64,000 bases of DNA from Nitrosopumilus sp. (GTDB lineage: Archaea > Thermoproteota > Nitrososphaeria > Nitrososphaerales > Nitrosopumilaceae): the NCBI GenBank assembly GCA_965218785.1, contig OZ244650.1:896001-960000 (forward strand), in the 5' to 3' direction. Below the pieces are notes generated by a model. The model did not search any database. It saw nothing but the letters and a program-made list of their open reading frames with translations, and was not told where the DNA came from. Shown here in pieces: positions 42,701 through 50,538 of the stretch (its first letter is position 1; every line of letters begins with the position of its first letter). A program made the translations under genes and the position numbers.

Positions 42701-45700
42701 TGGCACCTGCCGTCAAGTCTGCTGCAACCACCGGTCCGACCACGATTGTAGTTGTGGCAGACGAACCCCTTGAAGGAACTACGACTGCCGGTCACTTTGG
42801 CGTTTCTGCCAACACCGTATCTGAGGCACCTGTGATATCTGGCCGCAGTATAATTATAACTGTGGATGATGCAATAGTGCCCGGAACCCCACTCACTGTG
42901 ACGTACATGGGTGGCGGCATAACTGATGTCGCAGGAAACGCACTTGGAACATTTACATCCCAGTCCGTGACAAACATCGTGGGGACCACAGCCCATACCA
43001 TATCCCAGATAGGCTCTGTCGAACTTCAAGGTAACAGTTACCGGCACAACCTGACACATCTCACCGGCAGCTATTACGTCTCCTCACATACTGCAGTCAC
43101 GCCTAATGACGATTCGTCCCTCTGGAATTATGACACGGTCCTCAGACTGTACAGTATTACTGATGGGGATATCTCACTGATTGGAAGTACGACAATCCAG
43201 GTCAACACCCAGGATAAAACCACGCAGATTCACGAATTTAACACTGAACCTAGTTCCACTGCCGTTATACGCGTAGATGATGACACCATCATAGTTTCAT
43301 ATGTGGATGGTGATTCGGCAAGCAAGATTGCAACGTATAACGTTGATACCGGTTCTGCTGCTACTACTACCACTAGCCCCTTTACCGTTCATAACACCAT
43401 CAACCTTCGATCAGGCACTGATGGCGGGCAGACACACAACCACTCTATGCTAGCACTTGATGCAAACAGGATGGTAGTTGCGTATTCGTATCCGGACAGC
43501 TCTCCTGCCGGCTATATGCAGGTTATCACTGTTAATCCCAGCAAGAACCTGATTGGCGGCCCCCTTGAAACAGTTACGCCCGATAATGGACAGTACATCT
43601 CCATGGCAAAACTCAATGATAACACGGTGGTAGTTACGTACCGGGGTGAATCTGAGATGGGATTCATCCGGACGTTTGATATTTCAAACAGCAGTGCCAT
43701 TACTGCCGGAACCGACTATCCGATCGAGGATGCAAGAACGGCGTACTACTCCCTTGTCCGGGTCGATGATGATACAGTGGCAGTAGCATACTCTGTGATT
43801 GGTGATGACACACCCACGCCTGACAGGCACGGACGGATCAAGGTCTTTGATGTTGATGCCTCAAACGTTGACATTCCCGGAGTGGGCGGTCCGACATATT
43901 ATAACGCCGCAGCAGATGCGGCATTTGAAGAGCAGGTGCATCTCAACTCGCTTGCACTGCTGGATTCTGACACGCTGGCCATTGCATACCGGGGGGCATC
44001 AGGTGACGGCTTTGTCCGGCTGTATGGTATAGATCACATGACAGGCAGTCTGACTATTACCGGCGAGCCGTTTGAGCATGACCAGGCAGACGGCGCATTC
44101 AACTCGCTTGTCAGAGTCGATGAGAACACACTGGCCCTGGTGTACGGCGGGGATCTTCCATCCGTTATACAGGATTCCACTGCAACTTCCAGCAGAATCA
44201 AGACGCTCTCCGTCGTGCTCCAGGATACGGTTCCGCCAACCATTGAATCCGCTGTAACCACCGATGCTAATACGATCGTACTAACTGCATCAGAACCGCT
44301 TGCAGGAACTGCCGATGCGACAGACTTTGAAGTATCTGGCAGTAATGCCATTGCTGGCAATCCCGTGATATCTGGCAGCAGCATAACGCTGAGAGTCGGT
44401 ACTGCAATAGTGCCCGGCGCCGCATTCACCGTGGAATACTCTGGCACTCCCATAACTGATGCTGCAGGAAACATACTTGTGACGTTTGACCCCATGTCCG
44501 TGACAAACAACGTGGGGGCAGCAATTCATACCATATCCCAGACACGCCCTGTCGACCTTCCAAATAACGGGTACCGCCACAACCTGATACATCTTGCCGG
44601 CAACTATTACGTCTCATCACACACTGTAACCACGCATGATGTCGATGTATCTGTGGATTTTAATGCCATCACCACCCTCAGACTATACAGTATTACTAGT
44701 GAGAATATCAGACTGATTGGCAGTGAGATTGTACGAATCAACAACCAGCCTGTAAACACGCCGATTCATGAATTTGATACCCATCCGACTTCTACTGCCA
44801 TTACCCGAGTGGATGATGACACCATTGCAATTTCATATGTGGGTGCCACCCGGACTAGTAACGTTCGAACATATGATGTTGATACCGGTTCTGACAGCAG
44901 CAGCCCCTTTACTCATTCTAGCCTGGTCTCCTTTCTCTCAGATGATGATGGCAGTCAAACACATAACCACTCCCTGATAACACTTGATGCAAACAGGCTG
45001 GTACTTGCGTATTCGTATCCGGACAGTTCACCTGCCGGCTATATCCGGATTATTACAGTTGATCCTGACAGCGGCGTTCTGCGTGCGCAGCCTAGTACGA
45101 CAATTACCGCAGATCAGGGACAGTACCCATCTTTGGTAAGGCTCGATGATGACACGGTGGTACTTGCGTACCGGGGCGTATCTGAAAAGGGGTTCATCCA
45201 GACATTTGATGTTTCAGCCGACAGTGACATTACTGCCGGAACCGCCCTTGAGCACGAGCCTGCAAGAACTGCGTACAACTCGCTTATCCGGGTCGATGAT
45301 GATACGGTGGCAGTAGCATACTCTACTATTGGTGATGCCGCATCCACATCTGACGGGCAGGGTATTATCAAGGTCTTTGATGTCGACGCTATGGGTGTCG
45401 TTACTGCAGAGGGCGATCGTACGCTGTATTATGGTGCCGCAGCAGATGCGGCATTTGAAGAACAGGTGCATCTCAACTCGCTGGTCCTGCTGGATTCTGA
45501 TACAATGGCAATTACGTATAGGGGAGCAGACGGCGACGGCTTTATCCGGCTGTATGGTATAGATCACCTGACTGGCAGTCTGACTACTGATGGCGGGCCG
45601 TTTGAGCATGACCCGGCATACGGCGCATTCAACTCGCTTGTCAGAGTCGATGATCAGACGCTGGCCATGGTGTACGGCGGGGATATGCCGGGCGCCATAC

Positions 45701-48700
45701 TGGATTCAACTGCAACCCCCAACAGAATCAAGACGATTGCCGCTACTGCTCCGGATACAACACCGCCAGTCATCATTACCGCAACTGACACACCTGCCAT
45801 ATCTGATGGATCAGACATCCAGACCCTGGGTGCCATCACCGCATCTGACTCTCCGGTACTAACTGACACCGCATCACTGAACATCCCCATTACCGCAACT
45901 GACACACCTGCCATATCTGATGAATCAGATATCCAGATCATGGGTGCCATCACAGTATCTGACTCTCCGGTACTATCTGACACCGCATCACTGAACATCT
46001 CCATTACCGCAACTGATGCACCTGCCATATCTGATGAATCAGACATCCAGACCCTGGGTGCTCTTATCGAATCCGACACTCCGGTCATAACCGATTCAGC
46101 ATCACTGAACATCCCCATTACCGCAACTGATGCACCTGCCATATCTGACGAACCGGACATTTCTGACATCAATGCGCCAACTGTAGTCGGCGTATCTGCA
46201 ACATCTAATTCATACAAAGAAGATGATGAAATTGAAATCATAGTAACGTTTGACCAGTCAGTAACGGTATCTGGTGGCACCCTGCAACTGTTACTGGATA
46301 TTGGCACCACTGATAACGTGGCAGTCTATACCTCCGGCTCGCCTGGAGACGAACTGACATTCACATATACCGTTGCTGCAACACACAACACTGATGCTCT
46401 CAACTATGTCGGTACGGACTCGCTATCTATAACTGGTGGTGGAACCGTTACTGCCACCACTGCTGGCGATGCTACTGCATATCTGAGACTTCCTGCCACC
46501 ACTGATGATGCATCACTTGGCGGCTCTGATGTAATAGTGGATACTGTGGCACCCACTGTAACCATAGTTAACGATCAAACCGCTGCTGATGGTGATGCTT
46601 CCACCACCCGCACCCTTACCTACACTGCCACCTTCAGTGAGCCCGTGGAAGACTTTGATGCCATAACTGATATCACAGTATCTGGAGCTGCAACTGCAGC
46701 TGATGCTGCACCTGCCGGATCCGATGACACGTACACCTTTACTGTAACTGCCCCAGCCGATGGTACAGTCGTTGTATCAATTCCTGTAGGTGCGGCATCA
46801 GATATGGCACGCAACGGCAACGTGGCATCAGCCCCATACACTGTCACATTGGATATCGCCGTACCGATTGCCGTTTTTGTTAATTCGCTTGGCAGTTCCA
46901 GTTCGGGCACAGACAACGGCCAGTTTGACACTCCATACGGAGTCGCAGTAAACTCTGCGCAGATATCAGTCGTGGAATTTGGCAATTCAAGGGTGCAGAC
47001 ATTTGATCTGGACGGCAATTATGTCAGCAAGTTTGGCAGTCCGGGCTCGGGCAACAACCAGTTCCAGTCCCCCCGGGGAATTGCGACAACCTCCATGCAC
47101 ATACTGGTTTCAGACACCCTCAACAACAGGGTGCAGGTATTTGATCTGGACGGCAGCTATCTCAGTCAGTTTGGCAGTCAAGGCACAGCCAACGGCCAGT
47201 TTAACCAACCCGGGGGAATTACCGCAAACTCCACGCACATACTGGTTACAGATTCCATTAATGCCCGAATACAGGTATTTGATCTGGATGGTGATTATCT
47301 CAACCGGTTTGGAGATATCGGCTCAGACAACGGTCTGCTTAACTTCCCCTCGGGAATCACAACAAACTCCACGCACATACTGGTTGCAGATACCCAGAAC
47401 CACAGGATACAGGTATTTGATCTGGACGGCAATTATGTCAGCAAGTTTGGCAGTCTCGGCTCAGATCCCGGTCAGTTTAGCGGTGTTCGAGGAATCACAA
47501 CAACTCCCACGCACATACTGGTTGCAGACACCTTCAACGACAGGATACATGTATTTGATCTGGACGGCAATTATCACAGCAAGTTTGGCCGTCTCGGCTC
47601 AGGTGACGGCCAGTTTGACAAACCACGAGGAATCACAACAAACTCCACGCACATACTGGTTGCAGACAGCAAGAACCACAGGATACAGATATTTGATCTT
47701 ACACCCACCGTGGTCATATCTTCTGTCACCCCTGATGGTGGCACGCACCGCACTGACACGGTATCCTATACTGCCACCTTCAGTGAGGCCGTGATGGACT
47801 TTACCATGGAAGATATCGCCGTATCTGGAACAGCAACATTCAGAGACACACCTGATGAAATATCAAACTTTGTAGAAACCGTTTCTGGCACCACATACAC
47901 CTTTGATGTGGCAACTACCGTTGGTGGTACAGTTACCGTATCAATCCCCCAACGTGTGGTAAGTGACACCGCAGGCAACGCAAACCAGCCATCCACTGCA
48001 TATGCCGTTACAGTAACCACATCTGAGAGCATTGTTACATCTGACTCTCCGGTCATAACTGACACCGCATCACTGAACATCTCCATTACCGCAACTGACA
48101 CACCTGCCATATCTGATGAATCAGACATCCAGACCATGGGTGCTCTTATCGAATCCGACTCTCCGGTCATAACTGACACCGCATCACTGAACATCTCCAT
48201 TACCGCAACTGACACCCCTGCCATATCTGATGGATCAGATATCCAGACCGTGGATGCCATCACAGTATCTGACTCTCCGGTCATAACTGACACCGCATCA
48301 CTGAACATCTCCATTACCGCAACTGATGCACCTGCCATATCTGATGAATCAGACATCCAGACCATGGGCACCCTTGTCCAATCCGACACTCCGGTCATAA
48401 CCGACTCTGCATCACTGAACATCTCCATTACCGCAACTGATGCACCTGCCATATCTGATGAATCAGACATCCAGACCATGGGCACCCTTGTCCAATCCGA
48501 CACTCCGGTCATAACCGACTCTGCATCACTGAACATCTCCATTACCGCAACTGATGCACCTGCCATATCTGACGAACCGGACATTTCTGACATCAATGCG
48601 CCAACCATAGTCGGCGTATCTGCAACATCTGATTCATACATGGAAGGTGAGACAATTGAGATCAGAGTAGCGTTTGACCAGTCAGTAACGGTATCTGTCG

Positions 48701-50187
48701 GTAGTACCCTGCAACTGTTACTGGATATTGGCACTACTAATACCGTGGCAGTCTATACCTCCGGCTCGCCTGGAGACGAACTGACATTCACATATACCGT
48801 TGCTGCAACACACAACACTGATGCTCTCAACTATGTCGGTACGGACTCGCTATCTATATCTGATGGAACCGTTACTGCCACTGCTGGCGATGCTACTGCA
48901 TATCTGAGACTTCCTGCCACCACTGATGCTGCATCACTTGGCGGCTCTGATGTAATAGTGGATACTGTGGCACCCACCGTGGTCATATCTGCTGCCACCG
49001 CTAATGGCGGTACCCACAGCACTAACACCGTATCATATACTGCCACCTTTACCGAGGATATGACAGGCTTTGATGTGGGAGACATCACCGTATCTGGAAC
49101 GGCATCAGGCGGTTCACCTACAGCATCAAATCTTGCAGGAAGCGGTGCCTCCTACACCTTTGAGGTGGCAACCACCGGTGATGGCACTGTCCTAGTAACC
49201 ATTCCTGCTGATGCGGCAACGGATGCGGCAGGCAACGGCAACATCGCATCTGCCACATACACCGTTACAGTCGATACCAGAACACCAACACCTGAACCCG
49301 CACCAGCACCTAGAAGGTCTGGCGGTGGCGGTGGCGGTGGCGGTGGCGGTGGCGGTGGCGGTGGCGGCGGTGGCGATAGCAGCGGCGGTAGAGGCTCACC
49401 CTACGACCTATCCTTTAGCTTTACATCCGACGGAGCAAACGCATTGACAGGTTCATCAAAAATAACAATCAAACCTGACGCACTACTTACAGTAACACCA
49501 CAGATAACGCCCTTTGATGCACGCCAGAACATCCTAAAGATGGAGATAATCATCTCGGATCATACGACACCGCAACAACCGGATGCCTTGATACAATACA
49601 TGTTAATTTCAAACATTCTCACACATGATGAATGCACAGGCAAGGAATATGCGTCAGACCGTCTTTATGTCTGTGATGCTTCCTCCATCATATCTGAGAC
49701 ACAGTTATCCTACACTGAATCCGGTGATCAAAACACAAAGCGTTTTGATAGTATGGTGATACCCTTTGAAGAAGAATTCTCAGGCAGTCTCACCATGTTC
49801 TTACAGGACAACCGTGGAATATCCCTCTCTTCACACGGTGACAAGACATATGGCATTGTTGTAACATCAGGTGATGATGATAAACCAAAGCCTGCAGAGA
49901 AAATGGATCCAGAACCAGTACCAACTGATCCAGAACCAGTACCAACTGATCCAGAACCCGTATCCAAGGATCCAGAACCTCCAACTGATCCAAAACCCGT
50001 ACCAATGAATCCAAAACCCGTACCAATGAATCCAGAACAACCAATGAATCCAAAACCCGTACCAATGAATCCAGAACAACCAATGAATCCAGAACCAATA
50101 CCCGACGATGGCATACTTGAACTGTTCATCAGATGGATTCAATCATCATTTGCAATCCCAATATCCTGGATCCAGAACAATCAATGA
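30715..50187 (+). CDS. Giant modular cell-surface protein, 6490 aa
   Basis: Signal peptide (DAHA/Q), three copies of a propeller-like module, Ig-like repeats, Y.L..PFD.ST propeller repeats, 17-aa Cys repeats, NHL repeats, 37-aa repeats, a poly-Gly linker and a Pro-rich tail with an amphipathic end. Confidence 0.93.
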   Translation: MSPASAAVICVLALSLSAGLVLDAHAQAIHQIYNIDSLDLPDNGYRHNLTHLTGNYYVSSHTVITPDTTPTQLDSAVTLRLYSIINEHITLIGSQVIQNNAQDKTLSLHELSTEPKSTALTRVDDDTIAVSYVVGSTSSTVTTYDVDTGSTTPFGNPKSADFRDGTNGEQTQNHSLVTLDANRLLVAYSYPNSSPTGFMHVITIDPNTGALSAGTPAPITANQGLYPSMVKLDDDTVVLAYRGNSAHPFIQTFDVSADNTITAGTAYDIEDRITAYNSLIRVDDDTVALAYSAIGASTSASVGHGTIKVFDVTSAGVITETDSQTYYGAAADATFEEQVHLNSLALLDSDTIALAYRGDAADGFIRLYDIDHTTGTLTAAGIPFEHDQADGSFNSLVRVDDITLALVYGGDLLAAMPDSTATPNRIKTLTAVDPGTSPPVIVSAVANDATMIVLAASEPPEGTASVQYAVTADTPPTVVISSTTAFDETATNTGTLSYTAEFTEPVTGFDVSDIRVTGTASGGSPMASNFDGTSDRYTFEVKTTSDGTVLLSIPAGAAADAANNGNRASGIYVITVDTAIPEINSIVLTDSSTVVLVASEPLVDVPDTGTFQVSDNTVFGTSLSDRIITLTVNMPIKATGVIKVTYTGSNFADSAGNPLADFTDMSVINSISQVRIVHAALDENSGILEIRFSGTIQSDEVSPEKIHIIDSDSAANSVTLSDGELVGVDGTVVTFRLDEQNRQNVILFDVPTLSFDSVAMSFTDGKEFPQSTDTFRAVPVTSLPLEPFQSADDTIYSIPGVEIGNNGTKMFILELIGSVYFVEYDLATPFDISTASRVQSVYLGSGTDLHISPNGTKLFFAKATDPITTYTLSTPFNISTATLSDSAQFLSDNKYVSGIDMTPDGTMLFIYDDFADLVYQYDLVTPFDVSTAESNGTFLVPGDFTTPITALSVSDDGGHLFLLDVTQGMTRYALATPFDVTTAHSPETILPPVRFNYGIALYDDDTKMILTSDTDRSIHQFALSVYDLETTHAVMDIPVITSVFAAPGIYGIGDTVDITVRYSEDVRVTGIPKMGISIGDQIIQLDYSPAPPSSDLLFQYVVREGDNVNPLDHAGTELILPDDGAFLVSFEHGVETFNALPEPGSAASLATSNVVLDGVRPTPHQYPEISVDTITVQLTEQISLAGSPAFNFAIRGLESNPTVRSVSMSGTNATLTLSGPIMLHQAPTLSYVPSNVGSISDPAGNTLLGFTMPLSHQGSVDLVSLFMDEDNKWIEAKFDSIIDVSTIAPANMRIIPSGSADILLADDALLTVSDSDTIRLQLTDAQINTIRLATRTTLHFDSVAMHDVAGDPFPTPFHVVSPVNAGSVEFPAVGNPTGLAFSNDGRKIFLSDGGSHIISEYSLPVPFVLTQATFVSSLDVDSYAGDNYQVVFSDDGLKMFVSARFGGIVEHSLSAPFTLSTATFVRESAGIISDTTTASEGLTFSGDGSSMLVTTDRDGIVMGQFDLPVQFDLAAFNRGFLLDLSEDITSPVQVIISDDENRVLILDSSNDTVHTYNNQRPDIPFDIQNLIHAGTATLEGTDIDPRTMTFSGDGLDLFVGDVFGDGKVRQYSLATFELYVDPVCAGDQTVVGGVCVDPVCVGDQVLTGGVCVEPTCIGDQVLTGGMCVEPTCIGNQVLTGGMCVDPTCSASSILAAGICRDEVDDYLRLASFDPNSGTFSLTFEIVIDNDTIDPAKFQIREYDTVSGVTLSAAELVTSVDSRELIFTLTDTNRQTVSGYLRPTVFLETSAVTDANGNTFPTSSDISNAVELKILSLDTILGELPVFGDIEFSFDGNTLYIVERYNTIETREMRDQLSQFSLDAPFDVEDPTEMGTTSLEAQNRFLRDIELSNDGTSMFILDDENGIYEYSLSTPFDTSSPTHVRTFAAGASLQTPRGMDFSADGMDLFVIEARSDIVTHYSLTAPFDIRSPTEVSNYSIADRESKPLDVEISEDGREMFVLGSQANSVIQYGMSAPLDLSTVTYRHSLTPHPFDVLSRGIEFSPSGDRMYYLGDALNNLHQYSLNTFDIGVCEGSQTIVDGICMDPTCTGDQTIAGGMCVDPVCAGNQMVLDGVCMDPTCIGDQMTIGGMCVDPVCIGDQSVVEGMCMDPVCPANEHGIGGVCISIEIVLDSVTLNYSTGRMFMIFSDIIDHASITPAKIHIMGTGGDSEDIALSAAELVVSSDSSVVIFDLSDQNRQKVASFVNPAVHFDIHSLSSLDRKMFPVAFELSELSLADSVDIDDPDDPDRSALTLGDATFSNDGSTMFVTQTDDYKIYQYALSVPFDVGTSMLVSSFVFSNSLTPEAVDFDDDGTTMFVLQTDSGTATAGVYPYTLSTPFDISTIESPLVNPSGFSVSDQSSSATGLAFSGNGTGMFVVGTGDGKIYWYSLTAPFDISTPMFAGSSAAPFDGGVDITGLEFSDDGNTVFVADSDNDEIDLYALTAPFDISAPVYLRSLGISEDDTPADVYFSTDASALFVTGSQTDRVYRYDLSVSYDVPGCGEDSSCTGSSLDILSAVWRDPDESDTVLSDGDELSITFNQVTDMAGSQVLSKSVLDAIFEFGGTLGADYTGVWSDARTLVITVIDSTGGDAAVGDTISPFRGTAFIYSLDTAGGTAFFRPAEVATNSTGHIFVADLNNVQIFDPDGTYAGALDTAGGTAFSRLAGIATNSTGHIFVADDGLNLVRIFDPDGTYAGALDTAGGQTFRVPAAVAVGPDDRIYVSDTDASNVDKRDRRNVQIFDPDGTYAGRLATTVSTEFDTPLSVATNSTGYVFVADSGNDDIRIFHPDGRNIANIDATGQSGSSSPIAVATNSTGHIFVSFANVGAAADSIEIYTGSGVYIEDLPLRNVDFGRASGIAVNPDDRLIIVDSQNNEVYVFGHQIIYSDTGLQQFASDADTSGNFGILRPTVSVTSDVLPGATTALDTVGFTVVFSEEVTGFDALDIAVTGMAQAAVVPSSFDGAANPTFTFDVLATADGEMTVSVLPLAASATSSGNANLASNDYTITVNTSDPTVTISSSTRDGSVIPSNLVSYRVTFSEEVTGFDAENVAITGGAQAKVVLSSFDGTANPVFTFDVLVSADGVMTLSIPANVATAAATGRTNVASAEYTVTIITSNPTVTVSSVVDSGASTNLRQILYTVTFSEEVAGFTASDVVVTGSAGATVDGSSFFDALNPVFTFNVLATASGQVTVSIPSGAVNAAVSGNANTASAEHSITVDLTNPTVTVSSVVDNGASTNLRQIPYTVRFNEAVTGFAASDVAITGTAQAVVNESSFDGTANPSFTFDVTVSSDGQLTVSIPEGAANESDSGNPNIASAEHTITVDTSGPTATVSSVVDSGASTNLRQIPYTVIFGEAVTGFEASDVTVTGTATETGGFIVSHFTSVGGSVYTFDVEIISNGTVSVSVAGNEVVNLAGNGNTHSNTHTVTVDTVPVKILSAVWMDPDDLDFVLSDGDELSITFDHVTDMAGLSVLTKHEINSIFEFGGTLGANYTGVWSDDARTLVITVIDSTGADAEIGDTVSPFRGTTYIRSLDTTGGTAFSLPAGVATNSTGYSFVVDFTNRNVQIFDPDGTYAGLLYTAGTGEVPRLAGIATNSTGHIFVADDGLNLVRIFDPDGTYAGAVLDTAGGQTFREPAAVAVGPDDRIYVSDTDANNVDKRDRRNVQIFHPDGTYAGRLATTVVTEFDDPVSVATNSTGFVFVADAGNDNIRIFHPDGGVNIASIDTTGPNASSSLRAVLTNSTGHIFAAYSGGGGDNADIIQIYTGSGAYIGDLPSGDVGFGNVLGLAATGNDQLIISDAQADAVYVFGHQVLYSDTGLRQFASATDTSGNFGTQPVVTGISATDGIYTTGQVIAITMIFSESVTVSDKPQLFLETGDTDATAVYDSDSSSGTKLVFQYTVAAGDNSADLNYVDADPFTLNGGSIIANDRGRPASLQLPATTLDDSLAGSSDVVVDTMAPAVKSAATTGPTTIVVVADEPLEGTTTAGHFGVSANTVSEAPVISGRSIIITVDDAIVPGTPLTVTYMGGGITDVAGNALGTFTSQSVTNIVGTTAHTISQIGSVELQGNSYRHNLTHLTGSYYVSSHTAVTPNDDSSLWNYDTVLRLYSITDGDISLIGSTTIQVNTQDKTTQIHEFNTEPSSTAVIRVDDDTIIVSYVDGDSASKIATYNVDTGSAATTTTSPFTVHNTINLRSGTDGGQTHNHSMLALDANRMVVAYSYPDSSPAGYMQVITVNPSKNLIGGPLETVTPDNGQYISMAKLNDNTVVVTYRGESEMGFIRTFDISNSSAITAGTDYPIEDARTAYYSLVRVDDDTVAVAYSVIGDDTPTPDRHGRIKVFDVDASNVDIPGVGGPTYYNAAADAAFEEQVHLNSLALLDSDTLAIAYRGASGDGFVRLYGIDHMTGSLTITGEPFEHDQADGAFNSLVRVDENTLALVYGGDLPSVIQDSTATSSRIKTLSVVLQDTVPPTIESAVTTDANTIVLTASEPLAGTADATDFEVSGSNAIAGNPVISGSSITLRVGTAIVPGAAFTVEYSGTPITDAAGNILVTFDPMSVTNNVGAAIHTISQTRPVDLPNNGYRHNLIHLAGNYYVSSHTVTTHDVDVSVDFNAITTLRLYSITSENIRLIGSEIVRINNQPVNTPIHEFDTHPTSTAITRVDDDTIAISYVGATRTSNVRTYDVDTGSDSSSPFTHSSLVSFLSDDDGSQTHNHSLITLDANRLVLAYSYPDSSPAGYIRIITVDPDSGVLRAQPSTTITADQGQYPSLVRLDDDTVVLAYRGVSEKGFIQTFDVSADSDITAGTALEHEPARTAYNSLIRVDDDTVAVAYSTIGDAASTSDGQGIIKVFDVDAMGVVTAEGDRTLYYGAAADAAFEEQVHLNSLVLLDSDTMAITYRGADGDGFIRLYGIDHLTGSLTTDGGPFEHDPAYGAFNSLVRVDDQTLAMVYGGDMPGAILDSTATPNRIKTIAATAPDTTPPVIITATDTPAISDGSDIQTLGAITASDSPVLTDTASLNIPITATDTPAISDESDIQIMGAITVSDSPVLSDTASLNISITATDAPAISDESDIQTLGALIESDTPVITDSASLNIPITATDAPAISDEPDISDINAPTVVGVSATSNSYKEDDEIEIIVTFDQSVTVSGGTLQLLLDIGTTDNVAVYTSGSPGDELTFTYTVAATHNTDALNYVGTDSLSITGGGTVTATTAGDATAYLRLPATTDDASLGGSDVIVDTVAPTVTIVNDQTAADGDASTTRTLTYTATFSEPVEDFDAITDITVSGAATAADAAPAGSDDTYTFTVTAPADGTVVVSIPVGAASDMARNGNVASAPYTVTLDIAVPIAVFVNSLGSSSSGTDNGQFDTPYGVAVNSAQISVVEFGNSRVQTFDLDGNYVSKFGSPGSGNNQFQSPRGIATTSMHILVSDTLNNRVQVFDLDGSYLSQFGSQGTANGQFNQPGGITANSTHILVTDSINARIQVFDLDGDYLNRFGDIGSDNGLLNFPSGITTNSTHILVADTQNHRIQVFDLDGNYVSKFGSLGSDPGQFSGVRGITTTPTHILVADTFNDRIHVFDLDGNYHSKFGRLGSGDGQFDKPRGITTNSTHILVADSKNHRIQIFDLTPTVVISSVTPDGGTHRTDTVSYTATFSEAVMDFTMEDIAVSGTATFRDTPDEISNFVETVSGTTYTFDVATTVGGTVTVSIPQRVVSDTAGNANQPSTAYAVTVTTSESIVTSDSPVITDTASLNISITATDTPAISDESDIQTMGALIESDSPVITDTASLNISITATDTPAISDGSDIQTVDAITVSDSPVITDTASLNISITATDAPAISDESDIQTMGTLVQSDTPVITDSASLNISITATDAPAISDESDIQTMGTLVQSDTPVITDSASLNISITATDAPAISDEPDISDINAPTIVGVSATSDSYMEGETIEIRVAFDQSVTVSVGSTLQLLLDIGTTNTVAVYTSGSPGDELTFTYTVAATHNTDALNYVGTDSLSISDGTVTATAGDATAYLRLPATTDAASLGGSDVIVDTVAPTVVISAATANGGTHSTNTVSYTATFTEDMTGFDVGDITVSGTASGGSPTASNLAGSGASYTFEVATTGDGTVLVTIPADAATDAAGNGNIASATYTVTVDTRTPTPEPAPAPRRSGGGGGGGGGGGGGGGGGGDSSGGRGSPYDLSFSFTSDGANALTGSSKITIKPDALLTVTPQITPFDARQNILKMEIIISDHTTPQQPDALIQYMLISNILTHDECTGKEYASDRLYVCDASSIISETQLSYTESGDQNTKRFDSMVIPFEEEFSGSLTMFLQDNRGISLSSHGDKTYGIVVTSGDDDKPKPAEKMDPEPVPTDPEPVPTDPEPVSKDPEPPTDPKPVPMNPKPVPMNPEQPMNPKPVPMNPEQPMNPEPIPDDGILELFIRWIQSSFAIPISWIQNNQ
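35572..35810 (+). repeat. 51-bp coding repeat (17-aa Cys-rich unit); second cluster ~36925-37205
   Basis: VDPVCAGDQTVVGGVC-type units. Confidence 0.85.
45770..46170 (+). repeat. 111-bp coding tandem repeat (37 aa); second cluster ~48040-48595
   Basis: SDSPVITDTASLNISITATDTPAISDESDIQTMGALI-type units. Confidence 0.9.
49321..49376 (+). repeat. (GGCGGT)n microsatellite encoding poly-Gly
   Basis: Seen directly. Confidence 0.95.
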
Positions 50188-50538
50188 ACCTCGAACCAAA
50201 ACTCATGATGGCATATTTGAACAGATCATCAGATGATTCCCATAATCATTTGGATAAACACGTGTATCTTTTGCAGGAAGATGACGACTATATGATGCAG
50301 GACAATCTTATTTTGACGGATCATTGGGAACCCGCTATGTTTATCCTTTTGTTTTTTATTTTTAGGAATAATTTCAGTGTCTTGTCTGCAATTTACGGTA
50401 ATGTCTGCAACAAAACCTTGATCTTTCTTAACTAGTGTTGAACTGTTACCTTGATGTTTGTTTTGATTTGATTTATGGGCTTCTGGAAATCACCACATAT
50501 CATCATATCATATCTTGTTCTACTGACTTTGTCATCTG

